Source: Squalus acanthias (Eukaryota). From it: 64,000 bases of DNA. Of this stretch, positions 22,901 to 34,900 are shown in pieces; position 1 is the stretch's first letter, and every line of letters begins with the position of its first letter. The translations under genes were made by a program, and so were the position numbers. Under the pieces are notes generated by a model. That model did not search any database. It was not told the DNA's origin and worked only from the letters and a program-made list of their open reading frames with translations. The stretch spans positions 16,492,001 through 16,556,000 of the forward strand of contig CM059429.1 of assembly GCA_030390025.1 (NCBI GenBank). The letters run 5' to 3'.

Positions 22901-25900
22901 GCGAATTACTCTCAACGGCTGGGCCCGCCTCCTCACAGAGGCCCGCAGCCGTCACTCACTTTGCAACGAGCGCTCCCTGCCGGTTGAGCCGATTCCTCTC
23001 CCTGGCGCCACGACCCTGTGCCATCCTCCTGACACGTGATCAGAGCAGCTGCCGAGCACTTCAAACACGTGCCTGAACATGTTCACACAAACACATACAA
23101 TCCCACAGTGCAGCTGTTACAGAACATGCCAGTGGGACAGTATGGCGGTGAATCATGCTTCCAGCAGCATCCCAGCATGTGCATGGGCGCTCATTCCCCT
23201 CACTCACCTTGGTCAGCCTGCTGATGGCTTTAAAAATTGTCCAGCACTAAGGTGGCTAATAGCGGCCATCTGTTGCTGCGGAGTACCCAGGCACACCCAT
23301 CTCACTGATACCTGTAAGTAAATACCTGTTTTCTTAAAAGCATTATTAAAACACTCTTTACATGGAGCACTTTGATATTTTGAGTATTATATAGTATTAT
23401 AATTTAGATGGGGGGGGGTCTATGATTATTAATCCATTTAAAAAGGGGTTCTTCAACCAAAAAAGTTTGAGAACTACTGCTGTAGGCAATGTGGCAGTCA
23501 TTCTGCACCTCCAATGCTCTACAGATAGCCATGAAATGAGTGACCAGTTAATCTAATTTTGGGGATATTGTTGAAGGGATGAATGTTCTCAAAGCCCCCT
23601 GGAGAACTCCCTCCTTCTCTTCAATTAGTGTCGTGGGATCTTTAATGTCCACCTCAACAGGAAGATGGGACCTTGGTTCATTCGAAGGATGGCACAAGGG
23701 AGCCCAAGTGCTAGATATCCTAGATAACATGCTCAAATACCAGTGCGGGATTTGAACCAACAACCTTCTGACTCAGAGGCACGATTTCTACCAACTGAAC
23801 CCAAGGTGGCACGTTCCAAGGCATCCAATACCAATACATTTATCACCCGTGACATGGTAAAATAAAATCCATGCACAAAAGGGATTCTTTGAGGCAAACC
23901 TGTTTTTCCTGCTGCATCTCACAATTGGCAAATGACAGAACAGCCTCAGGACATCGGTCAAGGAGCTGGTCAGTTACACGCTCACATTCACCCAGTCTGG
24001 TGTCACATAGCACATGGATACTTAGACCAGGGCTGTCATCTTCAGGGAGTTGATGCAGAAGAGGAAGAACAGATTTTACGTTGATTGAAGAACCGCACAA
24101 AATGGACTATGGATAAAATGAAAAGAAATGTTTGTAAGATTCCAATCTGTATGGAAAGACGTATTTGTATGTTCTAGTGGTCTTCATGAGCTCTTTGCAC
24201 TTGTTGCTGAAGGTGAAGGAGGCAAGGGAGAGGGCTTTAAGGAGACGACTGACACTGGAGTAGTGGGCGGTTTTTGCAGAGGACAGCAAGGCCCAACAGT
24301 GCTTGATGTGGTTCAGCCAGATCTGGTGATGGATGGCGAAACCACTTGCGCTGCCAGATATGCTCAAGTCTACGCCTCTTGGATGCGAGAGTGCGAAAGT
24401 GTGTACCGTACCAGAGGGAACGACAAGAATGGGAGAGTGTAAAGGTTTTACTAGGTACAAAGGCATCAAAGGTAGAGATGAGGGAGTTGTTGAGTAGATC
24501 GACAGTTGCAGAAGTATTGCGACAAATGAAGGGCTAAAGGCTTTTGGCAGCTTTAAAGTGTAGTTGTAAATGATTTGGGGAAGTGTTTTTATTTTTCACG
24601 ACTACACACAAAAGGAAGCGGTCAGAAATGGCCTTATTTATGACCGAGATCACGGAGTTGGGAGGCCACATGAGATGGCATGGTCAAAGCGGGGTGGTAA
24701 ACAATGAGGATTTTAACGGCAAGGCGAGCAGGGTAGAATAGGTGAGCTGCTTGAAGCAGAAGGTACCAGAGGAGTAGGGGTAGAGCCCAAGGTATGATTT
24801 GATGATAAGGGCCACACTGCCATCATGGCAGTTTGGGCGGGGCAGGTGGTGGAAAGTATAGCTGGGCAAGAGACTTCGGTAAAGGGCAAGGTGTCGCCAG
24901 CCGTGAGCCAAGCTTCAGTCAAAGCCGGAATGTCGATGCAATCATCCACAATAAGGTGGTGGATGACAAGGGCCTTATTGGAAAGTGAACGGACATCCTG
25001 GAGAGAAATACGGAGAGGAGTGGTGCTTGTTAATCCATTGGGAGAGTCCAAGCCGGCAGCGGTGGGCGGGGTGAGCAGGACGGGAAGGAGGTTGGCGAGA
25101 TTATCCCCCCCCCCCCCAGAGACACACTGGGCAGGAAGGTCACCGAGAGAAGAGAATGGAGCAGTCGGGGTTTGCAAGGAGGCAGAATGGGTGCCTTGAT
25201 GGGCCCTTCGGAGAATGCCGAGAGAAGAGGGTAGCTACGGGTTTTCGATAAGTGATTCAAGCCTTGGATGGTGGCAGGAGAGTAGGAAGGTAGAGGAATA
25301 TTGAGGGGGAAAAAAAAGTACTCGAGATGGGAGAATTCTTCAACGTGTTTGTATCCTAATATTGTATAGTGTGATGACACAAGACTTCTTGCATGGTCTC
25401 CTACTCCAATTCAGATTCCCCCCATGGAACTCAAAGCTGGGAATCCTTCACCTCCCTTAGGTCTACCTAACCTCCTATGATCTTCCGACTTTAAAACTGA
25501 AGCTCGAGATCACTTCACCATTTTAACCTCGATTTACCCCGGCTTCCCTTTTACTCTTTTCAACCTTGGTTGGTGTCCTGCGCTATGGCCTTTGACCCTT
25601 GACCTATGCTTCTCAAAAAAAAGCCAGCACAAACCTGTAATTTTTGCAGATCCTCCGAAGGGCCTGGTGGACGGGAACTGGATGCATTGATGGTGTGGAT
25701 CCACGGGAAAATCTTCCCGAAATGACCACATGAATTTATCTGTTTAAAAGAAAAAAAGTGTGATAAAAATTAAAAATCGGTGCTTTCCAGCCCAATTACA
25801 AACTGTGGGACCCATTTTTTTTCCCTGCGTCAACATAAAAATATATTTTATAGAACAAGTACACGGTTGTGGCGTGGGCATCCAAAATTAAAGATTGCTG

Positions 25901-28900
25901 TTGGTGGTCATTAGCGGACATTCCTCCAACTGGGGTTTGAACGCAGGAGTTAACCAGTTGATTTTAAATGGGTTAACACCTCCGCTAAAATGGTGGACAG
26001 AGGAATGCCACATAGAAAGAATGCAAGTCTTTCTTTTCATTTATATAGCGCCTTTCACAACCTCAGGATGTCCCAAAGCACTTTACAGCCAATGAAGTAC
26101 TTTTTGAAGTGTAGTCACTGTTGTAATGTAGGAAACGCAGCAGTCAATTTGCTCACAGCAAGCTCCCACAAACAGCACTGAGATATATGACCGGATGACC
26201 TGTTTTAGTGATGTTGGTTAAGGGTAGAGTGTACATGGGCTGTGGGAGGCAATTGAATGGATGAATATATTAAACCTTCATCAGCTAATATCAGTAATGT
26301 CTTGGCTAAACAATGTAATGGTCACTTTACTGTGTCATATGGTGAACAGTGTGCTGTTAGAGGCTGGGGAAATATTGATGTAGCGTTCATCGCACTGGCG
26401 TGTAAATGGATCTTCATTATAGTGCTAAAAGGAAAATTTCGAATCAATCATCATTCATAGAAATGGGTCTCCAATGTTGTCCTAAATTCCCAACAGACCT
26501 TGCACCGGGTAAATGTTGCCTACTCACTGTACCTTGAGGCCACTTTCTCTCCAGTGCACAAAGAGAAAGTCACAACGGAAATACATCCGAATTACTAGAT
26601 ATTAATTCAACACAGCAAACTACTGGATAGCACATTGGTGTTTGAAAACACAGGCCAGGGATTTACGCCTCTGCTCCCCCCCAGCCCACATTCTTCGTGC
26701 ATTAAAGTGAATGGGGGGAGGGGGGGGGCAGCAATCGTCGACTGGTGAGCAGAGAGGTAGAAAATTCCAGCCACATTGCCACTACTGATCCGGCAAAAAG
26801 AATCAATTCCACCCTTCGTTTATTTAAAATAATGAAACACTCGCTTTCCCCCCCCTCTTTATTCACAACTGTGTATACATTTTAAGCTCATCAAGTTCAG
26901 GAACGTCAGTGCAGGCACCCAGTGTCGGCATCAAGCACACGGCGCAGTTCGATCTCTCTACCTATAGAAGAGCACCCTCTACTGTACCACTGCGGTATTT
27001 TTTGATTTCCCACACCACTCATTTGCAGCCCCAGTGAGATTGTCAAATGTGCTGAATTAGGGCCAGCTTTGCAGAAATTGGAATGACCCTGACCAAATTC
27101 ATTTCACATAGGGCTATTGCACTCAGAGGTGACTTTCATCTCGTCAGCCTGTGTTGTATTTGAACCCAAGTCCCCAGGGGTGAAAGGCCAGTGTCTGACC
27201 CACTTTGTGACCCAGTCCCTCCTGCATTCTTTTCATAAAAAGGTAATGTTTTAGTGGAATTTCTCAGTCAAATGTCAGATGATTGCTAAAAAAGTGTTTT
27301 GGTGCTTTTGGTTATGGGATAAATGTTGGCCAAGACACCAGGAGAACTCCCCTAGTGACATGGGACCTTTTACATCCACCTGGACAGACAGGTGGGGCTT
27401 CAATTGAACATCTCAATCAAAGATATGGCACCTCCGACCGTGCATCGCTCCCTCAGTATCGCACCGCAGTGTCAGTTTGGATTGTATGCTCAAGTCCCGC
27501 GGGGAGCTTGAACCCATGACCTTCTGACTCAGTGGTGGAGGTGCTTCCACTGAGCCAAACTGAGACTAAGGACCGTACAGATTATATTGGTGTCAGCCGT
27601 GGCTCAGTGGGTAGCACTCTCGCCTCCGAGCCAGAAGGTTGTGGGTTCAAGTCCCACCCGAGCACAAAAATCTAGGCCGACATCCAACTGAGCCACGGCT
27701 GACACCTCCAGTGCAGTGCTGAGGGGAGTGCTGCACTGTGTCGGAGGTGCCGTCTTTCGAATGAGACGTTAAACCGCGGCCCCGTCTGCTCTCTCAGGTG
27801 GACGTAAAAGATTCCACGGCACTCTTTCGAAGAAGAGCAGGGCAGTTACCCCCAGTGTCCCGGCCAATATTTATCCCTCAATCAACATCACTAAAACAGA
27901 TTATCTGGCCACAGCGCAGACCTGAGCGGGAGCAGAGGCAGCGGGAGCGGCGGCTTAAAGAGAGCGGAGAAAGCCCAGGACAGGGCGCGGGCCTGGGTGG
28001 AGGCAGTGGGAGCGGCGGCTTAAAGGGAGCACCGGAGAAGGCCCAGGACACAGTGCGGAGGCTTAAAAAAACATGGAGTGAAGTCACGGGACAGCAGGTG
28101 ATTGGTTGGTGCGTATTACAGCTCTTCTGCTCTCCAGGTTAGGTAAGTGGATTAAATTCAGAACTGGGAGTATTAACTACTATAACTTTATTGAATTAAT
28201 AACTTAAACTAAATTAACTAATTAAAACTAAAAATTAACAGTAAAAATAATCATTTGAATAAATACTGTAATTAATTATATAAATAAAATAAGGTTAGAT
28301 GGAGATGGCAGTGCAGGTGGTGTGTCATAACTGCAACATGTGATCCTGAGCAACCACATCTGCGGTAAGTGCCCGCATCTCGAGGAACTTTGGCTCAGAG
28401 TTGTTGAGCTGGAGTCCGAGCTGCAGACATTGCAATGCATCAGGGAAGGGGAGCGTTACCTGGACACTTTGTTGCAGGAGGCAGTCACACCATTTAGGTT
28501 AAGCAGTACTTTAGAGTTAGTCAATGGTCAGGGACAGGAGGGCGTGACTGCGAGTCAGGAAGATACGGGGACCCAGGATGTAGCGATGGAGGAGCCTCAG
28601 CCTGTGACCTTGTCCAACAGGTATGAGGTACTTGCTGCCTGTATGGATGAGGACAAGGACTGCAGGGAGGATGGGCAAACTGACCATGGCACCGTGGTAC
28701 AGGAGGCCATTCAAGTGAGGGGAGTAAAAAGGAGTATGGTAGGGGTAGGCGACAGTATAGTCAGGGGGATAGATACTGTTCTCTGCAGCCACGAGCGGGA
28801 GTTCCGAAGGTTGCATTGCCTGCCCGATGCCAGGGTTAAGGATATCTACTCGCGGCTGGAGAAGAACTTGGAGTGGGAGGGGGAGGATCCAGTTGTCGTG

Positions 28901-31900
28901 GTCCATGTAGGAGCCAACGACATAGGTAGAACGAGGAAAACATAGAAAAATAGGAGCAGGAGTAGGCCATTCGGCCCTTCAAGCCTGCTCCGCCATTCAA
29001 TATGATCATGGCTGATCCTCTATCTCAATACCATATTCCCGCTCTCTCCACATACCCCTTGATGCCTTTTGTGTCTAGAAATCTATCTATCTCCTTCTTA
29101 AATATATTCTGTGACTTGGCCTCCACAGCCTTCTGTGGTAGAGAATTCCACAGGTTCACCACCCTCTGAGTGAAGAAATTTCTCCTCATCTCAGTCCTAA
29201 ATGTCCTACCCCGTATCCTGAGACTGTGACCCCTCATTCTCGACCCCCCAGCCAGGGGAAACATCCTCCCTGCATCCAGTCTGACTAGCCCGGTCAGAAT
29301 TTTATACGTTTCAATGAGATCCCCTCTCATTCTTCTAAACTCTAGTGAATACAGGCCTAGTCGATCCAATCTCTCCTCATACGACAGTCTTGCCATCCCA
29401 GGAATCAGTCTGGTGAACCTTCGCTGCACTCCCTCTATGGCAAGTATATCCTTTCCTAGGTAAGGAGACCAAAACTGCACACAGTACTCCAGGTCTGGTC
29501 TCACCAAGGCCCTGTATAACTGTAGTTAAGACATCCTTGCTCCTGTACTCAAATCCTCTTGCAATGAAGGCCAACATACCATTTGCCTTCCTAACTGCCT
29601 GCTGCACCTGCAGGTTTGCTTTCAGTGACTGGTGTACAAGGACACCCAGGTCCCTTTGTACATCAATATTTCCCAATCTATCACCATTTAAATAATACTC
29701 TGCCTTTCTGTTTTTCCTACCGAAGTGGAGAACTTCACATTTATCCACGTTATACTGCATCTGCCATGTATTTGCCCACTCACTCAACTTGCCTAAGTCG
29801 CCTTGAAGCCTCTTTGCATCTTCCTCACAATCCCACCTAGTTTTGTGTCGTCAGCAAACTTGGAAATATTACATTTGGTTCCCTCATCCAAATCATTGAT
29901 ATATATTGTGAATAGCTGGGGCCCAAGCATTGATCCCTGCGGTACCCCACTCGTCACCGCCTGCCACCCCGAAAAAGACCCATTTATTCCTACTCTCTGT
30001 TTCCTGTCTCTTAACCAATTTTCAATCCATGCCAGCATATTACCCCCAATCCCATGTGCTTTAATTTTGCACACTAACCTCTTATGTGGGACTTTATCAA
30101 AGGCCTTCTGAAAATCCAAATACACCACATCCACTGGTTCTCCCTTATCTATTCTACCAGTTACATCCTCAAAAAACTCCAGTAGGTTTGTCAAACACGA
30201 TTTCCCTTTCATAAATCCATGTTGACTTTGTCTAATCCCGTTGATATTTTCTAAGTTATCACATCCTTTATAATAGACTCTAGCATTTTCCCTACTACTG
30301 ATGTTAGGCTAACCTGTTCCCTGTTTTCTCTCTCTCTCCCTCCCTCCCTCCTTTTTTAAATAGTGGGGTTACATTTGCCACCCTCCAATCTGCAGGAACT
30401 GTTCCATAATCTATAGAATTTTGGAAGATGACAACCAATGCATCCACTATTTCCATGGCTACCTCTTTTAGTACTCTGGGATGCAGATTATCAGGCCCTG
30501 GGGAATTATCAGCTTTCAGTCCCATTAATTTCTCCAGCGCGATTTTTTTTTACTAATACTAATTTCCTTTAAATCCTCCTTCTCACTAGACCCTTGGTTC
30601 CCTAGCATTTCTGGGAAGTTATTTGTGTCCTCTTCTGTGAAGACAGTACCAAAGTATTTGTTTAATTGCTCTGCAATTACCTTGTCCCCCATTATAAATT
30701 CTCCCGTTTCTGGCTGTAAGGGACCTACATTTGTCTTCACTACTCTTTTTCTTTTTACATACTTGTAGAAGCTTGAATGTAGGAATGAGGTTCTGCTGAG
30801 GGAGTTTGAGGAGCTAGGATCCAAATTAAAAAGCAGAACCTCAAAGGTAATAATCTCTAGATTGTTACCTGAGCCACGTGCAAATTGGCATAGGGACAAA
30901 CAGATTAGAGGTTTAAATGTGTGGCTCAAAGAGTGGTGTGGGAGGAAGGGGTTTCAGTTCATGGGGCACTGGCACCAATACTGGGGAAAAGAAGGAGCTG
31001 TTCCGTTGGGACGGGCTCCACTTAAAAAGGGCTGGGACCAGTGTCCTGACGAACCGAATAGCTAGGGCAGTAGACAGGGCTTTAAACTAATGAAGGGAGG
31101 GGGTGTGGGAGGATTCAGGAAAGAGTAAATTTAAAAGCAGCAAGAGAAATGTCAAGGCTCTAGAGCAGAGTACATTTTTGGGTAAAAATAAGCAGAGCGG
31201 GTCAGGAAGGGACAGAGAGAGTAACAAAGGTAATAAAGTATCAGTGACTAAGGTGACGTCAGGGAAAAATAGAAATAAGTCAAAGCTAAATGCACTCTCT
31301 GAATACGCGAAGCATTCGCAACAAAATAGATGAATTAATAGCACAGATAGAAATTAATAGGTTTGATCTAACAGCCATTACGGAAACGTGGTTGCAAAGT
31401 GGCCAAGGTTTGGAACTAAATATTCCAGGATACTTAACTTTTTGAAGAGATAGGCAAAATGGAAAAGGAGGAGGGGTAGCCCTGATAATAAAGGATGGGA
31501 TAAAGACAGGAGAGAGAAAGGATCTTAGCTCCAAAAATCAAGAAGTAGAATCAGTTTGGGTGGAGCCAAGAAACATCAAGGGGCAGAAAACATTGGTGGG
31601 AGTTGTTTATAGGCCCCCAAACAGTAGTTGTAATGTAGAGCAGAGTATAAATCAGGAAATTAGAGGCGCATGTAACAAGGGTAATACAGTAATCATGGGG
31701 GACTTTAATCTACATATAGACTGGGCAAACCAAATTTGCAGTAATAGTGTGGAAGACAAATTCATGGAATGTATTCAAGATAGTTTTCAAGATCAGTATG
31801 TTGAGGAACCAATTAGATCTTGAATTGTGCAATAAGAAAGGGTTCATTAATAACCTCATAGTAAAGGGGCTTTTAGGGAAGAGTGACCATAATAATGATA

Positions 31901-34900
31901 GAATTTTATATTGAGTTTGAAAGTGATTTAGTTAAATCCCAAACTAGGGTTTTACATCTAAACAAAGCAAACTACGTAGGTGTAAGGGCGAGTTGGCGAA
32001 GGTAGATTGGGAAACTACATTAAAAGGTATGACAGTAGATAAGCAATGGCTATCATTTGAAGAATTAATACATAATTTACAACAAATATACATTCTTTTA
32101 AGGCACAAAAACCCCACAGGAAAAGTGGTCCAACCGTAGCTAACAAGAGAAGTTAAAGATAGTATTAGATCAAAGGAAGAGGCTTATAATGTTGCCAGAG
32201 CAGTAAGCCTGAGGATTGGGAACATTTTAGAATTCAGCAAAGGAGGACCAAGAAATTGATAAAGAAAGGGAAAATAGAATATGAGAGTAAACCCTAGGAG
32301 AGACAAAAACAGACTGTAAAAGCTTCTATAGATATGTAAAAAGGAAAAGATTAGCGAAAGTAAATGTAGGTCCCTTAGAGGCTGAGACAGGAGAAATTAT
32401 AATGGGGAATAAGGAAATGGCTGAGAAATTAAACAAATACTTTGTGTCTGTCTTCACAGAAGATGATGCAAAAAACCTCCCGGAAATAGTGGAGAACCAA
32501 GGGTCTAGCAAGAATGAGGAACTGAAAGAAATTAATATTAGTAAAAAAATAGTACTGGAGAAATTAATGGGACTGAAAGCTGATAAATCCCCAGGACCTG
32601 ATGGCCTACATCCTAGGGTTTTGAAAGAGGTGGCTATAGAGATAGTGGATGCATTGGTTGCCATCTTCCAAAATTCCATAGATTCTAGTAGAATTGTTCC
32701 CGTGGATTGGAAGGTAGCAAATGTAACTCCACTATTTAAGAAAGGAGGGAGAGAGAAAACAGGGAACTACAGACCAGTTAGCCTGATGTCAGTAGTAGGG
32801 AAAATGCTAGAATATATTATTAAGGACGTGGTAACAGGGCACTTAGAAAACAATAATGGCCCAGATATTCCGATCGCAGGCCTCCCGCGGGCGGAGGGCT
32901 GCGATCTGGAAAAATCTGAGCCCTTACCTGAGGGCTCCCGGGAGGCGCACAATTCCGCTGCTGGGCCTCTCCAAACTGCCGGTGTGCAGGGCCCACATAT
33001 CCCAGAGGCGCAGGTAGTTCGCAGCGTCCCTGGGATCACGTGGGCCATGGGGAGCCAATCAAAGAAGGGAATCTCCCTTCATACATTTGACAGGAAGACC
33101 TGTCAAATATATGAATGGAGATCACCCCAAAACATCATAATACTTTAAATAGATTTTTTTTTTAAAAACATCACATTTTTAAGATGACTTGAAAGTCCAA
33201 TAAATTAACTATTTTAAACAAAACTTTAAATTTTTGAACAACATTAAAGTTTTTTTACGGGGCTAAAAATAAACTTACCCTTTTTTAAAAAGTATTTTTA
33301 AATGATAAATCAGTGGGAAAAAAATTTTTAAATTTTATTTTTTTACTTTTTCTCAACTCTTATCCTGGTAAAACAGGCCTTATGCCTGCTTTTACCAGGC
33401 ACAAGAATTGTAAGTGTTTTCTGCGGGCGGAGGGTCTCCAAAAAGCGGAACTATCCGCCCGCAGAGGCCCTTCTCCCGGGCAGCCGGAGGATCTGTCAAG
33501 AGCTTTCTTGACAGATCGGAAATGCCAGTTTTCAGCGCATGCGCAGCGCATGCCTAAAACCGGCATTTCGATGTCCCTACGGGTGGGTACACAGCGCATA
33601 CCCACCCGTAGGGATCGGAATATCTGGCCCTTTTTGAGCAGAGTCAACACGGATTTATGAAAGGGAAATCATGATTGACAAATCTGTTAAGAGTTTTTTG
33701 AGGTTGTAACTAGCAGAATAGATAAGGGGGAACCAGTGGATGTGGTGTATTTGGATTTTCAGAAGGCATTCAATGAGGTGCCACACAAGAGGTTATTAAA
33801 CAAAATTAGGGCTCATGGGATTGGGGGTAATATACTAGCATGGATTGAGGATTGGTTAACGGACAGAAAACAGAGAGTAGGAATGAACGGGTAATTTTCG
33901 GGTTGGCAGGCTGTAACTCGTGGGGTACCACAAGGATCAGTGCTTGGGCCTCAGCTATTCACAATCTATATCAATTATTTAGATGAGGGGACCAAATGTA
34001 ATATATCCAAGTTTGCTGATGATACAAAGCTAGGTGGGAATATAAGTTGTGACGAGGATGCAAACAGGCTTCAAGGGGATATAGACAGGCTAAGTGAGTG
34101 GGCAAGAACATGGCAAAAGGAATATAATGTGGAGAAATGTGAAGTTATCCACTTTGGTAGGAAAAATAGAAAAGCAGAGTATTTTTTTAAATGGTGAGAG
34201 ATTAGGAAATGTTGGTGTTCAGAGGGACTTGGGTGTCCTTGTACACAAATCACTGAAAGTTAACATGCAGGTACAGCAAGCAATTAGGAAAGCAAATGGC
34301 ATGTTGGCCTTTATTACAAGAGGATTTGTGTATAAGAGTAAAGATGTCTTACTGCAATTATATAGGGCCCTGGTGAGACCACACCTGGAGTAGTGTACAC
34401 AGTTTTGGTCTCCTTACCTAAGGAAGGATATACTTGCCATAGAGGGAGTGCAACGAAGGTTCACTAGACTGGTTCCTGGGATGGGGGGATTGTCCTGTGA
34501 GGAGAGATTGAGTAGACTTGGCCTATATTCTCTGGGGTTTAGAAAAATGAGAGGTGATCTCATTGAAATTTCACATTTCTCCACATTATATTCCATTTGC
34601 CATGTTCTTGCCCACTCACTCAAATTCTTACAGGGCTCAACAGGGTAAATGCAGGGAGGATGTTTCCCCTGGCTGGGGAGTCTAGAACCAGGGAGTCAGA
34701 GTCTTAGAATAAGGGGTCGGCCATTTAGGACTGAGTTGAGGAGAAATTTCTTCACTCAGAGGGTGGTGAATCTTTGGAATTCTCTATCCCAGAGGACTGT
34801 GGAATCTCACTCGTTGAGTATATTCAAGACAGAGATCGATAGATTTTTGGATATTAAGGGAATCAAAGGATATGGGGATAGTGCAGGAAAGTGGAGATGA

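Noticed and set aside
28340-28945. Stand-alone GDSL/SGNH esterase gene
   Set aside because: It is ORF1 of a CR1 LINE, disrupted by an antisense CR1 and frameshifted.
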